Positions 1 to 13,938 of a stretch of 64,000 nt of DNA are shown here, piece after piece. Position 1 is the first letter of the stretch. Every line of letters starts with the position of its first letter. The notes beneath the pieces are model-generated. The model did no database searches. It saw only the letters and a list, made by a program, of their open reading frames with translations, and had not been told where the DNA came from. The DNA is from Phyllosticta citribraziliensis (lineage: Eukaryota). The DNA lies in assembly GCF_038025025.1 (NCBI RefSeq), contig NW_027117349.1:248001-312000 (forward strand), written 5' to 3'. The translations under genes were made by a program, and so were the position numbers.

Positions 1-3000
1 TGCTCTCGTTCTGGAAGAGGAACGAAAGAGATGAGCGGGACCAGAGGAAGATGGCTGAGAAGCAAGAAATGGAGAATGCGAAGAAGGCTGAGGCTGAACG
101 TGAAGCCAACCGGCAGAAGCGGAAGCTCAATTTCTTGATCTCCCAGACTGAGCTGTATTCCCACTTCATTGGCAAGAAGGTCAAGACGGATGAAGTCGAG
201 CGATCGACGGACGACGTCGGCGTCTCGAACCAGACAATCAAGCAAGGCCAACCGGACGCGCACACGGTCGATCTTCCGGCAAGTCACGCCAAAGTGGACG
301 CAAAGGTCACGGGCTTTGACCAGCTCGATTTCGACGCCGATGATGAGACGGCGCTTCACCAGGCCGCAATGGCAAACGCCCAGAATGCGGTCAAGGAAGC
401 CCAAGATCGCGCGAGGGCTTTCAATCAAGGCAACGAGGATGCGCAGGCCGACTTTGACGACAGTGAGGAGATGAACTTTCAGAATCCGACCAGTTTGCAA
501 AGCTTGGACATCCCGCAACCGAAGATGCTTTCGTGCCAGCTCAAGGAGTATCAACTTAAGGGTCTCAATTGGTTGGTCAATCTGTACGAACAGGGCATCA
601 ACGGCATTTTGGCCGACGAAATGGGGCTCGGCAAGACTGTCCAGTCAATCTCCGTCATGGCTTACCTCGCCGAAGTGCACAACATCTGGGGACCATTTCT
701 GGTGATAGCTCCAGCTTCGACGCTCCACAACTGGCAGCAAGAAATCACCAGGTTTGTTCCTGACCTCTCCGTCTTGCCCTACTGGGGAAGCGCCAAGGAT
801 CGCAAGATTCTGCGAAAGTTTTGGGACCGCAAGCACATCACCTACAAGAGAGATTCGCCGTTCCACGTTTTGGTAACGTCATATCAGCTCGTGGTCCAGG
901 ACGCGCAATACTTCCAAAAGATCCGGTGGCAGTACATGATTCTTGACGAAGCACAAGCCATCAAATCCTCTCAGAGCTCTAGATGGAAAAGTCTCCTGGG
1001 CTTCCACTGCCGTAACCGTCTTCTGTTGACCGGCACTCCGATTCAAAACAACATGCAGGAACTATGGGCGCTTCTTCATTTCATCATGCCAAGCTTGTTC
1101 GACTCCCACGATGAATTCAGCGATTGGTTCTCCAAGGACATTGAAAGCCACGCGCAATCAAACACCAAGCTCAACGAGGATCAGCTGAAGCGTCTTCACA
1201 TGATTTTGAAGCCCTTTATGCTTCGACGTATCAAGAAGCATGTGCAAAAGGAGCTTGGAGACAAGATTGAAATGGACGTCTTCTGCGATTTGACCTACCG
1301 CCAGCGCGCCTATTACACCAACCTGCGCAACAAGATCAGCATCATGGACCTCATCGAGAAGGCCGCGGTCGGAGATGACCAGGACACGGCTACTCTGATG
1401 AATTTGGTCATGCAATTCCGAAAAGTCTGCAATCACCCGGATCTGTTCGAGCGCGCCGAGACTCACTCCCCAATGTCCCTCGCCCACTTTGCCGAGACTG
1501 CATCCTTCATGCGTGAAGGCCATGAAGTCAACGTCGCCTACTCGGTTCGCAACCTCATCGAATACTCCATTCCCAGTTTGATTGGCAACGGGCCTGGCAG
1601 GCTCTCCGTCCCAGGGCCGGAGAACCCACAGGCTGGTTGGAGAGGTAAATACCTGGAACATTTAATGAACATCTGGAAGCCGGACAATGTTCTCGAGAGT
1701 TCAAGGCAAGACGGCGAGTTTTCATGGTTGCGCTTTGCCGACACATCGCCCAGCGAAGTCTTCTCAGCTGCACATAATGGCCTCTTCCGCCGCACCGTGG
1801 ACATCACGAGGAAGCCCCGTCAGCTTGGCCGATTCAAAGTTCTCTACGATGAAGACGACGGCAATTACCAACCAACGCACGCCATGTTCAACATCGTACA
1901 ATACAACGATCGCCGGCCGCTTGCAGAGGTCACCAACGAAGGCTTCATGCAAAACCTTCTCAACATCTCGAACAGCGCGTATGCGGCTACAGGACTCGAG
2001 ATAATGGAGGCGGCGTCGAAGCCCGGTGCCTCTGCTCCGCCTATAGATTTGTTCTATCCTAGCCAAGACGCCATGACGGAACAACGCACAGCCAACTTCA
2101 ATCCAGAGGTTCGGGCTGCGCTCTATGGCATCAACGAAAGAGCTGAGCAACAGCTGCTTGAGGCCAAGGTGGAGCCCGACAGGTTACCCATCACCGACAT
2201 GCTTCCAGCCCCTTCCAATGCCAAGCAACGTTACACCCACGTCACCGTTCCCTCGATGAGACGCTTCGTCACCGATTCCGGCAAGCTTGCAACTCTGGAT
2301 CGACTCTTGAAGAAGCTGAAGGAGGAAGGTCACCGTGTCCTGCTTTACTTCCAAATGACACGCATGATTGACCTAATGGAAGAGTATCTGACATACCGCA
2401 ATTACAAATATTGTCGTCTCGACGGATCTACCAAGTTGGAGGATCGTCGCGACACTGTCGCTGACTTCCAGACACGGCCCGAGATCTTTGTGTTCCTCTT
2501 GTCGACTCGCGCGGGTGGTCTTGGTATCAACCTGACCTCGGCAGACACGGTCATATTCTACGACTCTGATTGGAATCCCACGATCGACAGTCAGGCTATG
2601 GATCGTGCTCATCGTCTCGGTCAGACCAGACAGGTGACGGTATATCGTCTCATCACTCGCGGCACAATCGAGGAGCGCATCCGGAAGCGTGCCTTGCAAA
2701 AGGAAGAAGTCCAACGTGTTGTCATCTCTGGTGGCGCAGGCGCACAGGTCGACTTCAACACCAGATCCAGAGAAAACAGAACCAAGGATATTGCCATGTG
2801 GCTCGCGGATGATGACCAAGCTGAGATGATCGAAAAGAAGGAAGCAGAAATGGCAGCTGCCGAGGCCAATGCGCCAACGGGCCGTAGGAAGAAGGCTCAG
2901 GCCAAGAAAGCCAAGGAAATCAACCTCGACGACATGTATCATGAAGGTAGGTCGAATCTCCGGCTCGAGTATTTTGTGGTAGTGACTAACAGTCAATGTA

Positions 3001-3162
3001 GGCGAGGGCCACTTTGACGATGGCAGTGCGAAGCCTTCTGGAGCAGCAACACCTGTTTCTGAGGTGCCGGTCAAGGGCAAGCGAAAGGGGATGTCAAAGA
3101 AAGCAAAGACGCTCAAGCAGCGTCTTGCGATTGCTGATGGCTCTGGTGACGTGCATGGGTGA
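1..3162 (+). CDS. INO80: Chromatin-remodelling ATPase Ino80 (5' end outside window)
   Basis: DBINO-like N-terminal part (FWKRNE...[16 protein letters not shown]) and split SNF2 ATPase motifs ([27 protein letters not shown]). Intron 2947-3001 (GTAGGT..CTAAC..TAG) restores the frame to TGA 3160-3162. Confidence 0.96.
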
Positions 3163-3758
3163 GCGAGTTGTAGCGGAAATTTTAGGCATGATAGCCCTGG
3201 AGTGATTTGGTAATATCCGGAAGAGGCTTATGACTGACTGACGGGCATCAAGTTCTGGCATTTCGACATGTTTGGCCCACCGACTTGAGGGCACTTTTTT
3301 CTTTCGGGCACTACTTTTTGTGCGAATGCGGGATACACAAAAACGGTGCAGGCATTAGAGGCAGCGGTGGCATGCTCGCTCTCGTCATAGTGAAAACGTC
3401 GAATGAGTACCCAATGCGTCACGATGCTATCATTCTCTTGGTAGACATCACCGGTTTCTTTTCTGTTGTCCTTTTGATGTAGTAAGAAGAAGACTCCGGC
3501 ATCATTCTTTTTCATTGTACACTATGGCCATCCACAGGTCTTTTCAAACTTGCGACTTTATCGTGTAGGCTACATGTAGACCGAAGTACTGCTTTTAACA
3601 CCTGTAGAATTATTTTGCCTGATGTAGCTAGCGTGACCAGTGGCCGGACCGGGACCCGCTTAGCTCCGGTAATCGATTGCGCGCTTGAGTGGCAGTCTGC
3701 CCGAACTTTTCTAAGCTCTTCCAAGACAACAATCCAACGCCATCGCACAGCACCAACG

Positions 3759-5976
3759 ATGGCTGGACCAATTGCTCTCAGAGCGCGCCAGCTGTGGACT
3801 AATGCACCACGTGTGCGGCTCGCAGCATATTACCGGCGAAGCACGCAAGGTCGCGGCTTCGCCACCATCTCGAGCGAGACTGGGTAAGCTTGGAAACTGT
3901 TCTCACAGAGCAATGAGGTTAACCAAGGCACCTTGTAGCCGCCCCACGTACGATGTCGTCGTTATTGGCGGTGGCCACGCCGGCACCGAAGCCTCGACCG
4001 CCGCCGCGCGCACCGGCGCACGCACCGCGCTCGTGACGCCCTCACTGTCGAACCTGGGCGTGTGCAGTTGCAATCCGTCGTTCGGCGGTATTGGCAAGGG
4101 CACTATGCTGCGAGAGATTGATGCGCTCGATGGCGTCGTGGGAAGAATCGTGGACAAGGCGGGCGTCCAGTTCCGCGTGCTGAACCGCAAGAAGGGCCCC
4201 GCTGTTTGGGGACCTCGCGCGCAGATCGATCGCAAACTTTACAACCGGTACATGCGCGAGGAGATCGTGGGATACCCTGGCTTGAGTGTTGTCGAAGGCA
4301 AGGTCGCGGACATCGTGGTGGAGAGGGAGGAAGTCGGCGAAGGGAGGTATGGGAAGATTACTGGAGTCAGGTTGGAAGACGGCACGATGATTGAGGCGAA
4401 AAATATCGTCATAACGACGGGGACTTTCTTGGGCGGCGAGATTCACATAGGTAGGTTTGTCGAGGTGGCAAATGGAGCACATCGTTCTGACTGTTGTGCA
4501 GGCCTGGACGTGTTCCCTTCTGGCCGCATGGGCGAGGCTGCGACATTTGGATTGAGTAAATCGTTACGAGACGCTGGATTCCAGCTGGGTAGACTGAAAA
4601 CGGGGACGCCTCCTCGGCTGGACAAGAAGACGATCAATTTCGACGTCCTCGACCCGCAAGCTGGCGACGAACCTCCGATGCCGTTCAGTTACCTGAATGA
4701 CCGGGTGCAGGTTGAGGACCAAATGCTTTGCCACATGACGTTCACCAACGAAGCAGCGCACAACGTAATAAGAGCAAATCTGGACAAGAGCATTCACATC
4801 CGAGAAACAGTCAAAGGACCCCGGTATTGCCCATCTTTGGAATCCAAGATTCTCAAATTTGGACACAAGGAAAAGCACACAATATGGCTGGAGCCGGAAG
4901 GCTTCGACACGGATGTGTATTATCCCAACGGAATTTCCATGACTGTGCCAGCGGATGCGCAGTATGAGATGCTCCGGACAGTCAGGGGTCTGGAAAATGT
5001 CAATATGCTCCAGCCTGGCTACGGAGTCGAGTACGACTACGTCGATCCCCGCAACCTCCGTTCTACCTTGGAGACCAAAAATATCAAGGGCCTGTTCCTT
5101 GCTGGACAAATCAACGGCACTACAGGTTACGAAGAGGCTGCTGGACAAGGTGTCGTTGCGGGAATCAACGCCGGACTTTCGGCACAGGACAAAGCACCGT
5201 TCACCCTCACGCGAGCCGATGGTTACATTGGCATCATGATTGACGACCTCATCACTAAGGGTGTCACCGAGCCCTATCGCATGTTTACTTCACGAAGCGA
5301 GTTCCGCATGTCTGCGCGCGCCGACAATGCCGACATGCGCCTTACGGCCAAGGGCCGTGACGCAGGCGTCGTAAACGACAAGCGATGGCAGATCTTCCAA
5401 GACACGCAAGCGCAGATGCAAGATCTCATTGCAATGCTGCAACGCGAAGTGCACAGCTCGGCGCACTGGACGACGCAGGGCTTCGACATCCGGCGCGACA
5501 CGTCACGACGCAGCGCGTTCGAAGTGCTGCGGATGAATGGAGTCGACATGGAAAAGCTAAGCACCATCTACCCAGACATTCTCAAGTACGACGCAGGCGT
5601 GCGCGAGCGCGTGCAGATCGAAGGCGTGTATGCGCCGTACATTGAGACGCAGCAGACGTTGATGCGCGTCTTTCTGCGCGACGAGAACCTCACGCTGCCG
5701 CCCGACCTCGAATACGACCGCATTCACGGTTTGTCCAACGAGGAGCGCCAGCTGCTCGCCGTCACGCGGCCCGAGAGTGTCGGCCAGGCCCGCCGCATTG
5801 AGGGAATCACGCCCAATGGTGCGCTGCGGCTCCTCGTCTACGTCAAGCAGGAGGCTAGGAATAAAGCGAGGGAACGCGCGTGGGTTGAAGTCGAGACAAA
5901 GTTGAAGGAGAGAGGGGCGCTGCCGAGCGCAGAGGAGGATAGAGAGATTGCAAATGCAGTCGAGGGGACCGCTTAG
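3759..5976 (+). CDS. MTO1: Mitochondrial tRNA modification enzyme Mto1 (GidA/MnmG family)
   Basis: Arg-rich presequence from ATG 3759. Motifs [40 protein letters not shown]. Introns 3884-3938 and 4451-4501. Confidence 0.95.
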
Positions 5977-6655
5977 ATTTGAGCTGAGCCATTCGTCATA
6001 AGAGGTGTTTGGGTCCTAGAGCATTGCGAGGGAGTTGTTGGCGTTGAATACCCGGGTTGCTTTCAAGGGATACCTGTAAAACATGTAGCAGTACAATGCT
6101 TGCACCAGTCGTTTTCCGCCATTGGACTGATCTTAAAAGCATTCGACTTCCTAGACCACGCATCGAATCGAACACTCCCATCATGCTTTCTAATCATAAT
6201 GCCATTTATCTCTGCTGTATGCACAAAGTCTGCCCAAAGCATCCATTGGCACCTAGGTTCGGCGAATCGTACTCGTCCCGACGTTCCCGGTTTACTCAAC
6301 CGACATCGCAAGCCTCGTCTGCGGACTGTCAAGAACACATTTTCCTCCCGCAATAAAACCACGGGTTTTATTTCGTTGGGCACGACTGCTCCGTCTAGAT
6401 AAGGAGCCATTTCAAGTTGCACAAGATATTACCAACACGCTCCGTCATCAATCCACTGGCAGCCCATTAATCCCTTTGGACCACGTTGTTTTAAACGTCT
6501 GCTTGCGTGCGTCTCTTAGCTGGTTTTGTATTCTTATCTGACCGAATTCGCTGCTCCATCGAATTTTTCGTCTTTTTTTGCACTGTATACGAAAAGAAGA
6601 GGAAGAGGAAGAGCAGAGGCAGAAAAAAGTTTTCGTACATCATTGCAGAGGAAAT

Positions 6656-8101
6656 ATGCAGGCCGTCGTCTTCAAGGGCCTGCGCAAGGTCGCAGTTGAG
6701 CAGAGGCCTATCCCGGAAATTCAAGAGCCGGGCGATGTCGTGGTCAAAGTCAAGTACTCAGGGCTTTGCGGAAGGTTCGTCTGCTTCGATTTCATTCTCT
6801 GTCTCTTCGTTTCTCCCTAGTCTTACTTCCTCCCATCTCGTCTTCAATGTCAGACTTCACGCTCGCCAGCGCTCTAGCTGATGCCCCTGATCTCTCACAG
6901 CGACCTCCACTACTACCGCGGCCTCGAGGCCGCCGGCGACAACCCTGACTTCATCATCGGGCACGAGCTGACAGGCACGATCCACGAAGTCGGATCAGCA
7001 ATCAAGAGCCTGGCCGTCGGCGACCGCATCGTGTGTCCCTTCACCATCAGCTGCGGCGAGTGCTTCTACTGCGAGCTGGATCTGTCATCGCGGTGCGTCA
7101 TGTCGCGGTGCTTTGGCACGCCCGTGTTGGACGGCGCCCAAGCCGAGTATGGTGAGTGCAATACCTAAAGTTATTGGGTTTTGAGCGTGTGCTGATGGAG
7201 CGTTCTAGTGCGCATACCGCTGGCCGAGTCGACTGTTTTCAAGGCCCCTGATGGCGTTAAGGATAAGAGTCTGATTCTTATGGCTGACATCTTTCCCGTA
7301 AGCAATGCTGTTTCAGTCATGGAAGAGGAATCGCTGTCGTTCTGCCCCAGCCTTTATTCCTTCATTTTGCGATAACGTAGCCTCAGCGTCTTCCATCTTC
7401 CGCGCATAATTCAAATTTGACTGCTCACACAAACTCCACAGACGGGCTATTTTGCCGCCAACAACGCCTTCAGCCGGCTCCCACTCTCGCGCATCTCAGC
7501 CTCGACTGCCGTCGTCATCGGCTGTGGACCCGTCGGGCTTTGCGCGCTCGTCGCCGCGGCCGCATACTCACCCGCCCAAATCTTCGCCATCGACAGCGTT
7601 CCCTCGCGCCTCGAGCAGGCCGCCGCCATGGGTGCCATCCCCCTGAACTTCAAGGAGGTCGACGTCGCCCAGAAAGTGCGCGAGGCCACGGGTGGACGTG
7701 GCGCCGATGTCGTGCTGGAAATCGTGGGACTGAGTCCGGCGTTGAGACTGGCATTTGATGTCGTTAGGCCTTTTGGTGTCGTCAGTAGCGTTGGCGTGCA
7801 TAATGGGGAGATTCCCTTTGCTGGTGCCGAAGGTGAGTTTCTTGTGCGCAGAGGGAGTTGGTATTTGGAGGCAGTCTTGCTGACACGGACGACTCTAGCG
7901 TACGACAAGAATATTCAGTTGCAGATGGGCCGGTGTCCCGTGCGGTCACTATTCCCGCAAGCATTGGAGGTTTTGAAGGAGCATGAGGACAAGCTGGACT
8001 GTCTCACTGCGAGGCTGATTCCCCTGAGCCAAGCGATCGAGGCGTACGAGCGGTTCGACAGAGCAGAGGTTCAGAAGTTTGTGTTTGAGATTGGCCAGTA
8101 A
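6656..8101 (+). CDS. Zinc-dependent medium-chain alcohol dehydrogenase
   Basis: Spliced product has GLCGSDLH, GHE, the structural-Zn motif CGECFYC...C, ADIFPTG and GCGPVG. Introns 6775-6900, 7152-7208, 7298-7441, 7833-7898. TAA 8099-8101. Confidence 0.9.
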
Positions 8102-8870
8102 AGCGGACCTGGAGTGTTGTTGGCGCATGTGAGGTGGTGCATTGGGAGATGGTGTTGCAGGGTCGGAGTTGCATTGGGAGCAGGCGGCATGTTGAAGCAT
8201 CCGGTGGTTGTCTCTTTTGGATACTCTCCATCTTTACTCTTTTGGGTAGTAGATTGAAGGAAAATGATGGGTTTGTCCAAGGCCAACCAGAAAGCAGTGT
8301 GGTCGAATTTCAACGTTCTGATTGGCCGACATTCGACAGACGCGGTAGGCAAAGCGCAGGTCAAAAAGGACTTGTTGATGGGATATCTGAGTATGGACGA
8401 AGTCAATGAGCCAGTCCAAACCCCCCGAGGAATCCTCAACAGGAGCAGGTTCGACAAAGTTGCAAGGTGGATGTTTGGTGCCCAAGGAGAGAGAGGTGGA
8501 TCAGCGTTTCCCCGATTGGTCGCTCCAGGTTCGCCACAGCCCGAGTGACGGTGACAAGGAAAAAGCGGTCCAGCAGCCCTGGACAGCCTTTGACTGCACA
8601 AAACCCGCAAAGAACGCCAGGCTGCTGCTTCTCCTCCTCCTCCATCCTCCCACGGCCCTTTGCTCAACCGTTCCCTCTCCACTCTCCCCCAAGTCGACCG
8701 ACAGCTTCGTTGCTTGACGTCGCAGCCCTAAGGATTATCGTTATCGCACCAGTAGCGCCGCCGCCGCCCGTGCCCCGCTACTGACGTCCTCGCAGCTCGA
8801 CTTCGAAAAATCTTACCCCGGAGTCTCGACACCCACACAACCCCTCTTCATCGACCCCCGAGCATTCACC

Positions 8871-10803
8871 ATGGTTTCCGCATCCAAGGCCGCTCGTCAG
8901 GAGAAGCGCGAGGCTTCCGGCAAGGGCAAGCCCAGCCTCAAGGAGAGAAAGGCAGCAAAGGACGCTGCTAAGAACGGCGGCGAGGGCCCCGTCGATGGGG
9001 CCACCGAGACGCTCGAGAAGCTCACCTTGCAAAAGGACGAGCACGGCGTCTCTGACCGCGTCACCACTGGTGTCCTGGCCTCGCTCGAAGCCAGCCGCGA
9101 CGTCAAGATCACCTCGGCGTCGCTCGTGTTTCACGGCAAGGTCCTCTTCACCGACACGACCCTCGAGGTCAACTACGGCCGTCGCTACGGCCTGCTCGGT
9201 GAGAACGGCTGCGGAAAGTCCACCCTGCTCCGTTCCATCGCTGCCCGCGAATTCCCCTTCCCTGAGCACATTGACATCTACCTGCTGAATGAGGGTGCAC
9301 CCAAGACCGACGTCGGTGCCCTCGACTGGGTCGTTGGCGAGGCCCAGGCTCAGCTGGCAAGGATGGAGAAGCAGGCTGAGGAGATTCTTGAGACCCAAGG
9401 TCCCGAGGCCCCTTTCCTGGAGGAGCTCTACGAGGTGAGTTTAGCAATGCTGCACACAATTCGATCGTGCTAACTCTGCGCAGCGCATGGAGGACATGGA
9501 CCCCAGCACTTTCGCGACCCGCGCCTCGCTCATCCTGACTGGTCTCGGTTTCAACAAGAAGACGATCCACAAGAAGACCAAGGACATGTCCGGTGGTTGG
9601 AGAATGCGTGTCGCTCTCGGCAAGGCTCTGTTCGTCAAGCCTTCGCTGCTTCTGCTCGACGACCCCACAGCCCATTTGGACCTCGAGGCCTGCGTGTGGC
9701 TCGAGGAATACCTCAAGAAGTGGGACCGCACTCTCATCCTCGTCTCTCACTCCATGGACTTCCTCAACGGTGTCTGCACCAACATGCTCGACATGCGCAT
9801 GAAGAGCCTCATGTACTTCGGTGGTAACTACGACTCGTACATGAAGACGAGGACTGAGAACGAAATCAACCAGCAAAAGGCCTACGAGAAGCAGCAAGAG
9901 GAAATCAAGCACATCAAGAAGTTCATTGCTTCGGCTGGTACCTATGCCAACTTGGTCAGGCAGGCCAAGTCGAGGCAAAAGATTCTCGACAAGATGGAGG
10001 CCGACGGCTTCATCCAACCCGTCGTCCAGGACCGTGTCTTTACCTTCCGCTTCGCTGATGTCGAGAAGCTGCCTCCTCCCGTCCTCTCCCTTGACAACGT
10101 CACCTTTTCCTACTCGGGCAATGCCGAGGACAACCTGTACGAGCACCTCGACTTTGGTGTCGACATGGACTCTCGTACCGCTCTTGTCGGCCCCAACGGT
10201 GTTGGAAAGTCGACTCTGCTGCGCATTTTCACCGGCGAGCTCTCCCCCACCAGGGGAAGCGTCTCTCGCCACACTCACTTGAAGCTCGGCATGTACAGCC
10301 AGCACTCTGCTGAGCAGCTTGACCTGACCAAGTCGTCCCTCGACTTTGTCCGCTCAAAGTTCTCGCACATCTCTCAGGACTACCAGTACTGGAGACAGCA
10401 GCTTGGCCGCTACGGTCTCTCTGGTGAATCGCAGACGGCCCTGATGGGTACTCTGTCCGAAGGCCAGAAGTCGCGTATCGTCTTTGCCCTGCTTGCCATT
10501 GAGTCGCCCAACATGCTTCTGCTCGACGAGCCTACCAACGGTCTCGACATCCCCACGATCGACTCGCTCGCCGACGCCATCAACTCTTTCAACGGTGGTG
10601 TTGTCGTCGTGTCCCACGACTTCAGGTGAGCCTCCTAAGCGCAAGATTTCGGAATGACTTGCTGACGTGAATCTAGATTGCTCGACAAGATTGCCAAGGA
10701 CATCATGGTCTGCGAGAACAAGACTGTGCGCAGGTGGGACGGCAGCATCGGAGAGTACAAGAACTACCTCCGCAAGAAGATGATCTCGGCCGGCGCCGTC
10801 TAA
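8871..10803 (+). CDS. ARB1: ABC-F family ATPase Arb1/ABCF2
   Basis: Two NBDs ([34 protein letters not shown]) and no TM segments. Introns 9435-9483 and 10626-10676. TAA 10801-10803. Confidence 0.94.
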
Positions 10804-11684
10804 ACGTCGTCGGATAGTGTACAAGCGACGAACAAGGGCAGCTAGACGCGGGAGACGGACTCGGGCGGTCGAAAAAAGGCTGGAACTTTTTCTTCCTTCT
10901 TCCTCTCTTTTTTCCTTGGACCCGGCCCTTTGACGCAAGACATACGATCGACATTAGAACTGCATTTGGGGGACTGGTCTCGTCTCGTCCGCGCCTTGCT
11001 GCATTTGCGTTTCCGCGCCGGGTAGATTGGGTCGCTGCATCATCCGTCCGTCGGCCAAGTAGATGTACGCATCAAAAAGCGGGGGAAAGAATGGTTGACT
11101 TTCGTGAGGCCCACAGACACGAGCAATTGATGTCGAGAGAAGCGACAGCGGAGGAGGATGGGAAAGAAAAAATGGGGCGAAGGGAATGGGCTTGTGCGGT
11201 GGCACTGCGACCACCGACATGTTTTGGGCTAGAAGATATCGGGGACACTCGAGTAACTTTTTTCATTTTTTCCTTTCTTTCCATCTTTCGTTTTTGTTGT
11301 TTTGTCCTGGGAAAGATAGAGGATGCGGAGTTGGCGCCTGCCTGCCTGCTCTCGGTACTACTGCCGCCTTTTTCACTGCTGCTGCTGCTGCTGCTGGTAT
11401 CCGACCCGTCTTAATTCGAGAGAAAGACGATGTTGAATATGACACGACGTTGCACCAACAAACCTAGACTTAGTTAGAAATGCGAATATGGAATGGACTG
11501 CTTGAAGCTTCGTGGTTGTGCCCGCGTTGGCCTCTCGAGTCTCTGCCAGACAGACAGACCGATGGAGACCGATGTAAGTTTTCCCAACATACGTCGTTTG
11601 CCTACCTACAGCACCAGATAGTTTGGTAGGTACATACCTGGTAGGTACTTGCCCGCCATCCACTGCCTCATCCCCAAGCCCGTG

Positions 11685-11717
<33 letters not shown>

Positions 11718-13911
11718 CCGCCGCCGCCGCCGCCCTCGGAAAGCCTAGGTCCAAGGAGCAAGCAAGCAAGCAAGCAAGCACGTAGATGGTCGCGGACGTC
11801 AAACGCCGCACTCACGGACGAAACGCCTCACGGCGTCTACAAATAGCACACAGGTCAAACGGGTCTAAAACGGCCGAGTCGCGCGGTACCGTTAGGTACG
11901 GTACGCCACAGCAAACGCTGCCACGCCACGCCGGCGCTCTAGTGCGGTGGTGACTTGCCTATCTTTCGAGCTGTCTGTCTGCGCATCGGTCTGTCTGGGG
12001 GCGAGGAAGCGAGAATGGCAGGCAGGGAGGGAGAAGGGGGGAGGAGATGCAAAAAAAGGTGTGAGGAGGGATGGACGGGAGGGGAAGGGCTGGCGATGCT
12101 GCCCTGCCGCCTTGGAGTTTCGCGTGCGTGCGTGCGCGCCTTCCATGCGTCCGTCCTTTTCTCTCGAATTGAAACAGGTTCCGTTGTAGACCTCGGATCG
12201 GTATCTACCGACTTGCTTGGAACGGCAGTTGATCGGGAATCGGCCTGTTGCAAACCGCCACAACGTGTGGCGTGCCCCCAGGTCTTTGGCAGGTACCGTA
12301 GGAAGGCAGAAGATGGATGATTGTGCCACTGATGAGGTACGCGTTCGTGCTGGAAGATGGAGCTTTGCTGCCATGCAGGCAGTCAGGCAAGTAAGTAGCA
12401 GATGAAGGTGAGGCAGCAGGCAGAGCAAGGCGATTGACGGACAGCTCGATGAACGGTAAAATGGGCCGAGGCGGTGCGGACGATGGTGGAGGTGGTGGTG
12501 GTGGTGGTGGCACACACGAGGCGCAAGGCGTGCGGCGCGTGCGGGGGCGCGGCCAAGAAAACGTGCGCGTCTGGCGTTTTGGACGGATGCGGAAGTCGGT
12601 GGAGAGAAGGAGGGCAAGAGAGCGTGAGAGCAGGCTGGTGCTGGCCGTCCCCCGCCCCTCCGATGGAATGAAGGGAACAAAAATGCAAAAGTGGGATGGA
12701 CGGGTGCAGAGGCAGTGCGGGAAGAGGTGCTTATTTTTGGCACCAGCAGAATTGACGTCTGTCTCGGTCATCGAGTATAGCGGAGCGGGTGTTGGGTGGG
12801 GAATGGGTCACGTTCTCTGTCTATCTCCAGTGCCTGGTCGAGCTGCTTGGGGGCCCTTGGGGATTTTTTTTGGGGGTTCGGGCTGGAGCAGTGGGTACAT
12901 GTAGTGCGGTTGATCGATGATCAGATGTGCGGCGCAAGGGCTCGGGTTTGGCGTGTGCTGGAGGAGTGAGGCGAGAGAGCGCGAGCAGAGTCTGGACCTG
13001 GAGTGCCTGCGCATCTCGTAACCCGAGGGAATGAAGGAGCTGCTGAGCCACGCGCGGTCTTTGCAGCACGGGCACAGTGGACAGTAGTAGTAGACAGTAC
13101 AACTACATGTACCTACATTAGTGCGCGCAAGAAGCAGCCCGAAGCAGCAGCAGCGGTGTGGTCTCCCAGACGCGCTCTGACGGCATGGGGCGCAGGTGTG
13201 TGATTGCTAAGGGTTGCGGCACGAGCCTTTTGGCGCAGGCGCGGCGGCGGCGTCGAGAGAAGATGAAGCTGGCCGCGGTGCATGTGTGGTTCTCAGCGTT
13301 GAGAGCGGCGCGGCGCGAACGGCTGGTGGCTGTGGGTCCGGTCGACGTCCAGAAATCGGAAGGAGCGGCGCCATGGATGGATCAAAGGTGGGTGCGGCAG
13401 GATTTTGCGCGGGCTGCTCGTATGGATGCCATCCATGTCGACCATGGTGCGAAGAAGGAGACGGAGCCTCACGACGGCCGCCTGAAGGCAATGGATGCGA
13501 TGCTGCTGGATGCTGCCTGTTGGTCGTGTGGGCTCGCATGGGGGCGGCCCTGACTCGCGGCGGTGCAGTCCAAGGTCCAGATGGCAAAGGGTCCAGGGTC
13601 CAGAGCCTTGAGGGTCACTTGAGAGGTGAGAGTCACAGAAGGTTGAGGCGTTAATATACCTGTAGAGTATAACTGACATGCGGCTGCCGTGGCGGGACGG
13701 CGGGGTCTGCAGCAGTGTCGCCACAAAGGGTCAAGGCACTGTAGACGAGTGGACTGGCCGGTGAAGAACAGCGAAAAGGCACATTCACGTCAAGGCAGTT
13801 TCAGGTGAGCGTATTGGTGTGCAGCGCGGCCACGTCAGGCGGGTGGAGATGTGGTTGAGGGCCAATGACGAGAACGCGAGGTGTTTACTTTGACACCCCC
13901 GCACGTCGCAT

Positions 13912-13938
13912 TTTCCCAAACAGGAAACAAGTAAATAT
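13912..13938 (+). promoter_or_regulatory. Mcm1 (MADS) + forkhead composite site
   Basis: TTTCCCAAACAGGAAA-CAA-GTAAATAT closely matches the yeast CLB2-cluster Mcm1/Fkh2 element, including the 3-nt spacer. About 1.0 kb upstream of the forkhead gene. Confidence 0.55.

Noticed and set aside
8264..8548. 94-aa ORF between ADH and ARB1
   Set aside because: No motif or splice support, and it occupies the space expected for the ADH 3'UTR and ARB1 promoter.
12329..12360. CTGATGA + short stem resembling a hammerhead core
   Set aside because: Lacks the GAAA after stem II and has no convincing stems I/III.
11892..12743. 283-aa minus-strand ORF with His run
   Set aside because: The His run is a (GGT)n SSR and the start is GTG. 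The region looks like regulatory or possibly non-coding transcribed DNA rather than a CDS.
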